NCBI RefSeq assembly: GCF_018977255.1
Contig: NW_024704746.1
Location: 43,648,001 to 43,712,000 of the forward strand
DNA from: Callorhinchus milii
Taxonomy: Eukaryota
Length of the DNA: 64,000 nt
Reading direction: 5' to 3'
Shown here piece by piece: positions 51,146-64,000 of the stretch (positions are counted from its first letter, which is position 1; each line of letters starts with the position of its first letter). A model generated the notes under the pieces. The model worked only from the letters and a program-made list of their open reading frames with translations. It made no database searches and was not told where the DNA came from. A program made the position numbers and the translations under genes.

Positions 51146-54100
51146 GTAAGTTGACCGTTGCTCATGATACTGACGTGAAGGGTTTTCTGCTGGTCCCCTT
51201 GGCATGATTTCAGATGCAAAGCACTTCAAGGTCAGGAATGAATTTCATGAAAGGTTAATCTCTCCGCCTCCAATTTCCATTGATCTCTGCTAGTATTTGC
51301 TTAAAATGTGAACGTGGGGAGAGTGAATGTGAATTCCAATAGAGCTGGATAATCGTCAGGTGAAATGGAAAAAAAAAACAATGGAACTGATATAAAACAC
51401 AGTCTACATTTGGTCCCTGTATCCGAGCAGTTCAATCCCCATGAGTTGGTTTCTGCTGCTGTGCCAAGTCTTGCATATCACATTAAAAGCACTCTGTGGC
51501 AGCAGCTGGGCTTTGTGTAATGCGTTTCCGAAGGATGATTGATGTCTCGATGTCCTACTGACAACTTGAACGTCTGTCTTATTTATGGATATAATTGTAA
51601 ATGTTTACCGAGCACTGTTCAGAGATAACTGATCATAATAACTTTGCACAGTCCCAATCGAGGATGACTTGAACAATCGCTAGGTTCCCAGTGAATGCCC
51701 AATGCATTGCTTTATAAAATACTTGCAAACAGAAGTGAGAAGATTTTGTAAATATTGTGTGGACACATCAATTTTGCATGCATAAACGCAACAAGTTCTA
51801 TGATATTTGCAAAACTATGGCATTCAGCTTGATACTCAAGAAAGCAAGTAGATTGTAGTAGAGTGAGACGATATGAACCTTTCAAAGCAGTACTTATCAG
51901 CTACCATCTCCTTCAGGTGGATTAAAGTTGCTAATTAAAGCGAATATACTCTACATCATATTGCGATAAATCACATAAAATAATTTGTCCTTAGCACCAT
52001 GCACTGTCTTCACGAAGTAGTTAAGTGGAAGATAACTCTCATGGGCACTTATTTTTAGAATTATGGCCCGGCTTTGTTGAAAACCTGCAGGAAAAAACAA
52101 GATGAAATGAATTTGCATTGCCACAAAGGTCTGAATGCTGCATTATTTGTTAAACCTGTGAAAAGTAGCATTCATTATAGTGATGGTCTACTGTTTTCAG
52201 TGGGAGGAAGAGAGGAAAATATCCTGCATGGAACAACATGAAGTAATTAAAGCATTTGAATCAGATCAAATTGTAAAGCTTTTCTCGGATATGCTTGGAT
52301 TGGTGAGAGTTACATGCCTTGAGCTTTCTTACCTGTAAAATCTTTTTGAATTCTGTTGAAGGTTGCCATGATTTCGTCAATGACCTGGTAAGACTCTTGT
52401 CTATCAAACCTGTTTGGGTCTGTAGAATAGTTAGTAGTGCAGTTACCTATGGCAGGGTTGTCTGATGATGAATATGATATGGAATCATTGAAAAAATGTG
52501 ATTGTTTGTTGGCATTATCACTCTTCCAGGATGAACAGCCATAGTGCCTGGAACTGTAACAAACATTCCCGTTCTTGTGTTTAATTAGTGCCAGTGGACA
52601 CCGACCACTATGTGGGACTGTTATTGCTTATCTATGAGAAAGATTTAGCAAGGGAGAGAAAGGTGTGTTTTCATATTAAATAGCCTTTTTATTTCCAGCA
52701 GTTTCCAGACTGCTCTATGTTGAGTCTAAAGCGAGGCGTTGCAGACCACCATTGCAATTCTTCTCTTTCCAGCTCTAGTGAATGGAAATGTCATTGACTA
52801 CGGCTGGACGTGCCCTTCACACGGGCAGCATTTACTCAATCAATAGAAGTCTTACAATGGATTTTCTGAAAGATAATGGAATGATGCGTATTTTCCTGTA
52901 AGTAACTCACTGATGATGTAGCCTTGACTGCTTGACTGTGATCTTTCAAAATTGAATTCTATTACCAGTCTCGGTAAGGCTGCAGAGACAAATACCAGCA
53001 CATGATGCTGGGGAATGATTTTTGATCACTGTAATATTGGTTTGTACAAGGGACATTGAAAAGTAGGTGAGGACAAGCTGTGGGTTCACGGACAACAAAG
53101 CCTCAGGAAATTGAATTTCCTGGGATTCCAGCTTGATGCTGCTGGACTTGATCTGATGGTAATGAAGAAGAAAGTGCACTGCAGTTGGTGAAATGTCTGG
53201 ATTGATAGTCAATACATCTAAGCTTTTAGAAATAATCCTTTAAGGTCGTAATTACCAGCTGTAACTAGACAAACTCATCCTTTTTTTGTGGTTCAATGAA
53301 ATATGTCAAGTCTGTCCAAAGTATGGCTGGAACTGTAAACCAGTCTGGTGAGGTGGGTGTTTTACATTCAAATCTGTTGCAACGTGGTGCTTTGGGTCCA
53401 CAAAATGAGACCCCCTCCCTTCCCCCTGTGATCACGGTTTCACAAAAAAAGTCCACTATCCCGACTTCTGGGTCTTTAGGGTCATCTTTACTGGTCAGGT
53501 TGCTGTGTGTGCACGCAGCGTACAGGAAGCTAGTCGGTCAGCTGCAACAGTCCTCATGAGGGTTTTCATGCTGGAAACACTCACTATTTTGCAGCTGACT
53601 GCCAGCTCCCTACACACTGCATGCACATACAGGAGGACAGCCAGCCTGTGCCAGAAATCAGAAGCTTACCCCAGTTCTGGCAACCACTGGAGACCTGTGT
53701 TATAGGCAAAGTCACATTGTGGTGAAGCACGTCCAAATGGGAAATCGCATTTGTAATTGCTGGCACATTCATACCTTCAGACACATTGGACACATTTTGG
53801 GGTCAAAATTGCAAGATTCCTAAACACATTCACTTCCTTGATTGTCGCTCAGGATTTGGTAGCCTTATTTAAATATTTAGCGATCGCTGAGATTTTAATT
53901 CCAAGCCTATAGAACAACTTTTATTCCACATTTTTACTTTCGCAAAGAGACTTCAAACCCATATTCTCTATGACCCAATTAAAGACTCACAGATCCGCTC
54001 GATCATTTACGAGACTGTAGAGAGAAAACATTCCATATCTCTTTGCCTTTAGTGTAAAAATACTTTTTAAAGTATAATTTTGAAGTTAAAAAGATACTTG

Positions 54101-54209
54101 CAACACCATGGTGCTTGCTAAATTTTTTTAAAAAAGTGGCCAGATTGACTCTGAAAAACCAGGGTCAATTCCTAAACCTGTTATTAAAGGAATCTTTCGA
54201 AATAAAATA

Positions 54210-54440
54210 ACTAATAATAATGCTTCCATTTGGTATAGTGCCTTTCACTTTGGACAGAAATCCCAAGACGCTTCACAGGATACACTGTCTGTTTTGTTGG
54301 CAATTTGCACACACCAATATCCCACAAACAGCCATGAAGTGAGTGAGCATTTCTATTGAAGGATTGTTGGTCAAATCACTGGGAGAAGCTTCCTTCTCTG
54401 GGAGCTGTGTGAAGGTGGCTAAATAAATGCAAGTTGTTAT
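54210..54440 (-). mobile_element. DeuSINE fragment plus an opposite-strand tail
   Basis: ccatttggtatagtgcctttcac..; then aaatgcaagttgtt. Confidence 0.6.
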
Positions 54441-54979
54441 TGTTAAAGAATGGAATGTATGAAGGAAAATCACAGTTTTGACCAATAATCACATTAAAAT
54501 GAGTTACATTTACTTTACAGGAGGTAATTTATTTACAATTGTAACATCATGGAGAAAATCCAGGCTTAATCTATTGTGCTTTGGCCTATTTTTCTGAAGT
54601 TGCAACCCGGCAGTTCACACAAAGTAAAACACTGTGTAGCAATTATAACAAATAGCACAGGGTAAAATGCTCGGAGAACTCGGGTTTTCTTTTACTTTGC
54701 AAGTCCAGATTATCAAGATTTGAAGACTGGGAGATTACCAGAAATGTGTGACAAATTGAAAGATCAAGGTTGTATCTGAAAAAACTTTGACATGGGCCTC
54801 TCAAAGGTTAGGGCTTATATTTTGCGAAGGGATAAAGTGACCCTCTACATATACAGACCATCATTTCTCAGCTTGTTTGGACCTACTGAATATAAAATCT
54901 GAGTTTATTTGACTGCTCATCTCCACTGATCATTGGCAATCTTTAAAATGAAGTATTTGGGTACAAACGACAGAGACAA

Positions 54980-55795
54980 TGCCTCTGCCTCTATAAACCT
55001 GTCCCTCTCCACTGACACAGTCATACCTCATGTCCTGGATGAGCTATCACTCCCACAGCTTAATTTCGTCCTTCTCGTCTCAGGCACGACCTACATCAAT
55101 CTATACAAACGCACACTCTGGAGACAATGTCTTGTTTGACCCCCAACCATCCTTCAAAATGTGTGTTTGGGCTTTCATTGAAATGGCTTTCCCTCGTTCT
55201 GGAACATCTCCCACCTGTGCCACGACTTCTCCCCGGCTGCTGAAACCCTCGTTCAGACCTTCATCATGTCCATGCTTAATTATTCCAGCACTCTGTTTAC
55301 CAGTTCTTCGTGACACAAGCTGCAGACTATCCAGAATTCTGCAGCATATATCCTCTCTTACACCAGGTTCCATGTGTCCATTATATCTATTCTCGCTTGG
55401 CTCCACTGTCTCACCATCCCCCAGCAGATCAAATTCAAGAGCCTCGACCTTACCTTCAAATTCGTCCCCATCCTCTTTCATTCTTTGTCATTTCCTGTGA
55501 CCATATTGTCCGGTCACTTCCTCCACACAACTAACACCGGCAGCCTGCTTCATGTCCACGTCTATCATGGATGGACGTGTTTTCATCTGTTCTGCCACCT
55601 TTCTCCAGAACTTCATTCCAAAGATCTCTTTCCTTACCCCCTCCCTTTCTGCCTTGAAAACCTATCTTTTCAGCCATGCTTTTGACACATTCTACCCCAC
55701 AGCCCGCCAACCTCAGTTCCCAGTCGTGTGAAGTATTTTGAGACATGTTTTCAGGTGAAAGTGTGAAAGGCACTCTACAGATATAACTTGTTACT
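54980..55795 (+). mobile_element. Old L2 ORF2 C-terminus and 3' UTR
   Basis: LFDPQPSF, AETLVQTFIMSMLNYS, IQNSAA and ISILAWLHCL..QQIKFK motifs; tail gtgaaaggcactctacagatataacttgtt. Confidence 0.85.
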
Positions 55796-57902
55796 GGAAA
55801 TCTTGAGACAGAGCGGCATGACTATATCATCTAGGGTGGAAGAGGTGCTATCGATGAATGGGTGGAGGGTGGGAAAATATTGAGCATGTACGTATGTTGA
55901 GGCTTGTGAAATTACAAAACGTACACTTAATGACACTTTGACCTTTCGCTGCTGGGTGTTTTTTTCCTCCAGTTGCCTGAGTGTCTGATTGTTGGCAGTA
56001 AGTGGTGTGCCTGCATGAAAGTGACTGGTAGTTTGGTGCTCATGCTGCTGGCAGGCGTGTCATTTCCAAGATTGGCAGCTTCCCCTAACCCCCAGCATCC
56101 AGCTATTTTCTTAACTTGAATTGCAAGAACAAAAAGGCCTGCTCTAAGATTTGCTTTGAAGGAAGACGTATCTTATCTGTGATGACAGTTCACCCCCAGA
56201 AAATTGATTGGTAAATTGGTGGAGCTAATGGCATTCCCCCATATTAGGTAATGAAGTGATTTTTGTGCAATGTGCATATGCAGGACCAGCGGCAATGTGT
56301 GTTTGTATTGTGGGTATTTGTATGTATGTGGTTGAGCATGTACGCATGTTGGGGCAGTTCTTGCAATGCACTTGCTCAAACAACCTTGCGTGTAAAGAAG
56401 TGGAGAATTCACAACATGGAAATATATAGTCCTGAGTATTGTGTAGCTGACAGATTGAAGCTTTTATCCTCTGTATTTACATTTTGATCACACAAGCGAA
56501 AGTTCAGATCTGTGTCGATGTGAGGGCTCTATCTATCATGATGTGCAGTGCCAAAATAGAGTGGCTGAATGGATCATTTTATGCAGCTATTTATCAATAT
56601 TTCAGCAATAGTTCCGGCATTGCGTTTGTATTTTAAATAAATTAGATGAACGTATGCCCTAAATTTTAAAGACGATTGCACAAAGTGGTTAAAGGTCAAT
56701 TTTGGGAGCGGGGGTTTGGCTGCAATGGGAGGTGAATCAGGAGAGGAAGAACAGTTTCATGACTGTTGTTCAAAAAAATAAAGAAATAATTTTGTTGAAC
56801 ACAATCAGAGGCTGTGCTTTTTGTCAAATATGAGTAAAGGGGACCTCTGGTATCTCAGGTGGATTATTAAAGGAATCCTGGATGGTTGTAGTGAACGCAG
56901 GCAGCGGAATACTAATTGGTCCTGCAACATAAATAGCCAATGATGACTACTTGGGAGGAATTGCTAGTATGCAAAGTAATGGTTGTGGGAATTCGTTTGA
57001 ATCCAGCAACTATATTATTGCCTTGGAATCACTCTAGCGTGGCTACTTATGTATAAGTTACAATCTTTATTCATTCCATGATGTTTGAGGAGAAATACTG
57101 ATAGCTTGAGGCCTCCCTCCCTCTCCTCACCATCCTCAGCGGCAGCTGTCGGTACTGACACCTCCTGTGAGCACACTCTGTCATTCGTATGGGATGATTA
57201 GAACCCTGACAGATTAACCATCAAAACGTCACTGCTGCATTTCATTTTCCTCGAGTTTCTGGTGCCAGCATGAGTTATACAGTTTTCAGTAAATTGTAAT
57301 TTATGACACATGCCGTAGTAAAAAAAAAAGCTTCCCTTCCCCTCCCCTTTCCAATATTGTCAACACAGTGAAAAACCTGGTAGTGTGACAAAGTACATCC
57401 ATGTTTTCAATGACTTCACAGAATATTGTTGTTTTCTCCAGTGAAACCCACTGTCTGTGTTTTGTGCTCATCACAACTGACTTCTGCCCTTCCAGAAACA
57501 GTATTGTGACAGAGTTTCTAATTTTAATGGATGCTCGAAAATTATTTGAAGTGTTTCTTGATGGGATTCTTTAACAAGGACTCCCATTGGATTCCCAATG
57601 GATCCCATTGTGAGAATTCTAGTTGGGAAATAGATTGTAGCTGACGTGGAGGTAAGTGTGACTGGGAAAGGTCTTTATTTGTGTGACTCTGACTTGTTAT
57701 GGAATCCTGCTAAGAAATACAGCAAATCGGGCACAAATTATAAAATATTCAAACTCAAACCTCAAAATTTACAATGTAATCAATTCAGTTGTAGCTGTAC
57801 AACTCCCTTGAACATGTTACCATTAATTCCTTCTGTATTCCTGCCAAAACTCTTGTGTAACTTTTCACTTGGATAAATTTATGAATTATAGAGCCTTTGG
57901 AC

Positions 57903-58090
57903 TACAACAACAACAACCACAAATTACATTTGTATAGTGCCTTTCACATTAGGAGGACGTTCCAAGCCGCTGGACAGTCAGGGATCTGCACCCGAGCTGG
58001 TGGTTGGGGATCAGGAGGGGTGGAGGGTAGGGCTAGGAGTGTGACTGAAGGCACGGTCGAAGAGGAAGTCTTGAGATGGGTCTTGAAGGA
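57903..58090 (-). mobile_element. L2 3' end
   Basis: (CAA)n..catttgtatagtgcctttcac..ctgaaggcacggtcgaagagg. Confidence 0.8.
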
Positions 58091-60147
58091 TGCTTTTAGT
58101 AAGTGTTTGTCTTCACTGATTCAAGAAATTGATAGAAAACAATCGATACTATGGAGTAATTACACGTCCAGAAATAAATACCTGAAGTGCAGTAGTGTTT
58201 ATTTCAGCGCTTGTCACTCAATACTGCTGTTCTTTGCGTCAAATATTGTATCAACTGCTGCTGCACGACTACTTTGCATCATTCACATAGCAACCTCTCC
58301 CAGCTACTTTGTCATATCAAAGGGAGTTGTCGTGGACGATGAGCACTGAAGATTTAATCGTGAAGATCTGGTCAAACTGTCACTTGTTCTTCTAAAAAAA
58401 AGGTGCAAACCTACGTTCATTTAGTAAATCAGAACAAACATTCCTTCGGCACCATGCCTTGAAACTCCCATTGAGCTAGCTGCTGGTGAAAGCACCACCT
58501 AAGCAATTATGCCTAAACAGCCATATAACATGCAAAGAAATGAAGAAGCTGGGAATGAGTGAAAGATCCATTTCAAGGGAAATCCATCTCAAGGTTCTTT
58601 TTTCATTCAACACCAATTCTGACATTTGTAGGAATAATTGAGAAATTATTGAAGAGCACATTTGCCAGCTCTTGAGGACTTTTCAATGTCTTTTTGTTAT
58701 GAAAAGGTTTCAGCAAAAGGTTTTTGACCAGCAGTTTGCTTGCCTTACAGACAATAAACTATTCTCCTGAATGGTGACATTGATACCCTGGTGCATTGGT
58801 TTGATAAGCATTGGGGTCTGCGTGTGCATTCCAGAGTTTGACTAGTGAGTTAGAATCGTCCAAATGTATCTTCAGAAGTTCCTGGTTGTCAAAAGAAAGC
58901 AGACCTGCCAACTGTGAGGCTTGAAAACAAATACCAATTGTTCAAATGCTGGCGAGGGCTTGACAAGCAGTCAAATGGGCCACATTGGGAAAGTTTAAAG
59001 ATCCATGGAAAATCCTGCCTTTCTCCGTTAGGCTGCACATCTTGCCATAGCAATGTTGCAGTCTCAGAAAAAAATTCCTACTGTTCAGATTTGTGAGCTA
59101 TGAAGAACAAAGTGTTCTTGCCAAATAAGCACTTTATAGGCTATGTGTTGTCCTGCGGGTGGCTTGAGGTGTTATGTCACTTTTGGAATGGCTTAGAGCA
59201 GCTTGGGTTGTTTCCAGCAGCGACCCCTGTATTTTTCTAACCTTGTTCACATCCCTCCAAGTGTAGAGAAGGAGTATGTCTGGTAGCTCTACATTGTTGA
59301 CGTGAGACATAACAACCTTGTGTGTTGTTTCAGAGTTCACTTCTGGTAGCCCAGGGTCTGCAGTTCCACCAGTAACCATACGAAGGCCATTCTCTGAGCA
59401 GCGGAAACAATTCTATTTTAATTTTCTGCTGGATAGTGCACATTTTTAGAAATATTGCAACTCCTAGGAAGTAGAATAATGCAATTCCTGGCAATTCACA
59501 GTTTAAAGAGTGCTGCAAATGTCCCGGCAATGTTGAGGGATGATGTGGGCTTACAACATTTTTATTTGGAATTAACACAATACAACTAGGTATTATTGAT
59601 CTTATTTTACATTATTGATCACACCAATCAGTATAAAAAATAGGATGGTCTCAACAAAGATAATAGCAATAAAGATTTAACTTATAAGTTATAAGTTGCA
59701 TTGAGTAATGCATGTTAAATTATATTTTGTACTTAAAATTGCGTTGGAACTACTTTTAAGTGTGAACAAATTCACTGAACATAGTGAGCAGCAAACACAA
59801 CAGCGCCCACACAATAGATTACTTGGAGATAAATAACAGCTGCTGAATTTACTGATTCATTCACGTGTAAATTCAGGTGAAGCTGTGTAAAGACTTCCAC
59901 GACTGCACTATAATTAGGAAACCTTAGACATTTGATGATATTCCTGACCATTTACAGCACAAATGTGTGTGGGTGTGGAGGAGGGGCTGCATATTTCACT
60001 CCTACATTGAAACTTAAGTATCTGTCTTTCTAGAAATTCGGAATAAAATTGTTCCACTTATTAGCAATTGCTTGTCATGTCATATCTTGGGATCTCACTT
60101 TGAAAATTTGTTGGCGTAAGCATAATTAAATCAATTATGACTTGTTG

Positions 60148-60490
60148 TAATAATAATCTTTGCATTTGATATAGCGCCTTATCACATCTTCGAGACGTCT
60201 CAAAGTGCTTCACTGTAAAGTGAATTGACTGTATATTTTGTGGATGTAAAGCAGCAGCCAATTGCTCAGAGCAGTGTCCCACAAACAGTCATGGATTGAA
60301 GTGACAAATTTATTATTTTTTTAAGGGATTATTACCCCCGGAAAAGCTATTCCCCAATCGATTAATAACCAGGTTCCTATTTACTGCTAGGTAAACAGAG
60401 GCGTGCGGAGTAAAGAAACTTGCCCAACATTTCACGCTGCCGGAAATTCAACCCATGTCTCTCACTTGCAAAGGCAAGTGCTATAGTCAC
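60148..60490 (-). mobile_element. Family A SINE (long variant)
   Basis: Tail through ggagtaaagaaacttgccc..ttgcaaaggcaagtgct. Confidence 0.85.
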
Positions 60491-61094
60491 TGTTACAACT
60501 GATACAGTTGGCAAGAACACCTTCCATGTAATTTAAATAATAGTTAGTTGTAGAAAAAGACAAACGTTTTTGTAGAAGATTATGGAGTCCCTGTGTCCAA
60601 ACACAGAATTTGATACTTCTAGTTTTCAGCAATTACCAAGATAAACATGCCATTGGCTGAATGCTCACACTTGTGGAAAAAATATTTTTATGCAACACAA
60701 ATAGAATTGCATTGCATAATGGTGCTCACAAATCTAATGGTCTGTAACCTTAAAGTGATTACAACAACAACAACAACATTACATTTGTATAGTGCCTTTC
60801 ATGTCGGGAGGATGTCTCAAGGCGCTGGAATAAATATGTTTCATACTGGCAAAGCTTAGCAATACTATATTTATTCCCATGATGGATCATTCTAATGTGA
60901 AGAACAACTCACCCAGGATTCTTCAGTTTTAAAAGTTATTCAAACATAACTAGCAAGTCTATGTGCAGAATGTTGCTCAGAGCAGCAGAATGAACCATCT
61001 GAAAATATTCATTGTGGAAGAAATGTCTGTAGCTAGGTAAATGACCTGAAATATTCAAAGAACATACATCTCAAGCAATTACAATACAGTGCTT

Positions 61095-61270
61095 TGCAAT
61101 TTCCATTGATACAGCACCATTCACATTGAGAGGACATCTTAAAGTTCTTGACATTGTTGACTGGGCGCCCAAGCTGGAGGGTGGAAGCCGGAAAGGGTGC
61201 AGAGTGGAAAGATGACTGGAAACACAGTTAAAGAAGTGGGTCTAAAGGCGGATCTTGAACAAGGTGCAGG
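61095..61270 (-). mobile_element. Old L2 3' end
   Basis: ccattgatacagcaccattcac..gaggacatc tail and purine-rich body; a further short L2 tail lies at 60761-60826. Confidence 0.55.
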
Positions 61271-64000
61271 AGCTGCTCTTGTATTGTAGAATACTTTTGC
61301 TGCTGGTCCATTAATTTATCTTTCCTAGTAGTATAGAAATACCTTTAGAATTGCTCAATTGTAAAAAAAAGACATTTTATTTCAAATCAATTTTATTTTG
61401 TAAACGCTTTGAATTTTCTTTACACAAATTTCTTTCTTCATCGTGTAGTTGTCAAAAAGCTGGTTCATGTTCATGAAACTGAAACCATGTTTCAGAAACA
61501 CCTGGTGCAGTAATTGAAACCATCATCATATTAGATGCGTGCCATATTATCATGGTAAAAAAATATAAGCACACTCTTGGCTGTTGCCCAATATGAAACA
61601 AAAGTTTTGCCAGGCACTTTAGTTTTGCCCCTTTAACTTCCGTTTAGACTTGTACTTAATAAACCAGTTATAAATTGTTTGTTCGTTCATCTCAGTGCAT
61701 GGAGAACAGAGGTCACATTGTGCGTAGTTCTCATTATGCTTGGGTTGAAGCTGTCTTGAGAAATAGTTCTGAATTCAGCTTGAGACCAAGTGTGAAATCG
61801 TCGTGTCAGACTGTTACATCAATCTGACTCATGCAGTTGGCGCAGACTGTGAGCACAGAGGGTGGAAATGCCACTTTATCTTCCGACCATGTTGTTGCTT
61901 TGGTATGACTAGAGCGCTGCAGAAAACATTGGATGAATTAATGGGCATGATGTGTTGCCTTGCATGACTATGAGCTTTTCACTCTTGTGACCAAGATCGA
62001 CTTAAATTTGTCACTGAGAAGAAAAGGCAAATGCTGCTTTTTGTCATCATTAAATTTTTGTCATTAATTTGGAAGAAAAACAGTAACTGATTCATTGATA
62101 AGTTTTGAGATGTTGAGGACAAATGTTGAGGAGCGTTTAAACTAGAATGGACTGAGGTGTGGACCATTGGACCAGAGTCATTCTTGATGGAAGAAATGCC
62201 ATAAAAGAAAATTTGACCCAATTGATCTCAAAATAGGAAGGTGGAAAGGCTCAAGTATTTCACTTCTTCAGAATCAAAAATACTTACCAAGTTTTCTCTG
62301 TATAGTAATAATATTTACATTTATTCAGCATTTGAAACATCTCTAGGCTTGTGTCGATAGGTAAGTAGGATGTCCCTGGTTGAAAGGATATGGTTCTATG
62401 GTTCTGCATCAGTCATTCAGGGAACTGTTAGTGTTGGATCAGCTTGTCTTTTGTAGGCAAAGTGTAGATGTGTCCTGAATCTTTCAAGCCAAAAAGGTAG
62501 GCTGGACCAAGTTTGTTCTTATAACTTGACAGTATCTTTTATGATTAATTTACAAACTGCTTGAGATCCTGAAGTTTTCTTGCTGTTGTATATTGTTGAG
62601 GGAGTTATTAAATATTGGAAGCTTCGTTAAAATAATTAATTTGTAATTTGAATGGGAACAGACAGGCAATTTTTTGAAAACCTCTTCGTTGGGGCTGGAA
62701 AATAACTTATACTCATGTTCTTTTTTCAATATTCTGTTTGCAGAAAAGTTTGAGAGCTTTAATCTGAGAATTTAAGTTGTCCTTGTCAGATTTCTCATAT
62801 AATTCTTCCCTTCGAGTTATTAGTGCATAAAAAGAATCCTGCTTCTTGTACGAAATGTGACTGCCTCTTCTGACATGGAAACTGTTGGAAACAAAGCTCA
62901 TGCTGTGTCATTATTATTGAACTTCAGTGACCTAGAAATACAAAATTCCAACCTGAATTTTACAGTGGAGAATGCAGATTTAGATACAAGTCTTCTTCTG
63001 GCAGAATCAAGATATGTTTGAAGGTTTGAATATGTGAAACTTTTACAGCGAAATTGATGACTTCCTCAGTGAAACATGTCTTATTGTTTTTGCAATACAT
63101 AGCTTTTTTTTGAGGGCAGGGTCTCCGTGATTTGTGAAAATCCCTTTTACGTAGTTCATTTGTGGCATGATAAATAAAAATGAATTTCGAGGACTGACAG
63201 TAATTTCGATATTTAAAATTTGAGGAGCTCAAGTTATAAAATAATAATAATTCTTGCATTTAATCTTGACCTTTCATGTTGGGAGGACATCTCAAAGGGT
63301 TGGTTGTTCAATGAAATACTTTTGTTCTGGTTGTTTCCATGTTTATTGGAGTTGCTGATGCTTTGTTCTGAAATGGAGGGGAAATATAAGTGGGGTTCAG
63401 AATTATCCACAGCTTCAAAACTGTTCACAGAGTCCACAGTGCCGTTGCCATGAAATGGCATCAGTAATTGTCTCAAGTGACACACTTCTGGTGAATCATG
63501 AGCCAGCACTCTGCACCATTCAGAAGTTTAATGTGGATTTTGTGCCATATTTTCTCAGGCTCAACATTCAAGTGATGCATGGTGACAGAGTTAGACTTCA
63601 TTATACAGCAAACACAGGGGCAGATCTGTCACTGTGGCTGTCTATGCACAGATCACTGCTCGTTCTGCCCTGCTTTGTACAATTAAAGCACCAGGTTTTC
63701 CAATATCCTTCAACATGAATGTTTCACTTTTAACTCTCCTCCTGACAAAGCTGTCCAATTAACTCCCAACTGTGGCCTTCCTTAGGTATCTGTACACTTA
63801 AGCACAATTTTAAATGGCCTCATTTGTAAGCTTTATGGGAGACAAACATCAGACAGCCACCTTGAACATCTCTTAGCTCTTCAGCTGAAATAAAATGTTG
63901 AGTTGCAATAATACGAAATCTGTTTGTGTTATTGGTGGAAACGGAATCTATCAACCCTCAGTCACAGCACAATCGAGCCTTTATTCTTTGAATTATTTTA

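Noticed and set aside
52773-52897. Plus-strand acceptor as the next contactin exon
   Set aside because: The phase-1 frame hits a stop and lacks the GPxFxxxP/Ig1 cysteine motif.
59679-59698. Palindrome TAACTTATAAGTTA
   Set aside because: Short and AT-rich, with slippage; no supporting context.
62329-62360. Plus-strand AG..|GTAAGT as a contactin micro-exon
   Set aside because: Possible lengths (32 or 14 nt) are not frame-preserving, and the 32-nt version ends in TAG.

Overview
AT-rich vertebrate genomic DNA, almost entirely non-coding. The repeat content (SacSINE1-like Deu-domain SINEs, a younger tRNA-headed SINE, shark-type CR1 and L2 LINEs) points to a cartilaginous fish, probably a holocephalan (inference). 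Only one host coding exon is well supported: a + strand 138-nt exon (51008-51145) whose last 55 nt encode a contactin-type signal peptide (MWFLFSHFFALSFICCLA, phase 1). The window therefore appears to cover the upstream region and long 5' introns of a contactin-family gene (CNTN1/3/4/6 type). Candidate non-coding 5' exons or promoters lie near 9.4-10.9 kb, 30.2-30.5 kb and 32.1-32.2 kb. Nearly all ORFs in the supplied track are chance ORFs or LINE fragments. The most interesting signals are: a duplicated ~140-bp non-TE intronic element carrying Hox/Meis motifs; a three-level nested insertion (L2 in L2 in SINE) with intact target-site duplications that forms a long inverted repeat; a covarying 3' stem-loop shared by SINE and L2; a strand-specific G.U hairpin in a candidate first exon; and uORFs before the contactin ATG. 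I found no convincing wholly new biological system. Repeat coordinates are approximate and were read by eye.
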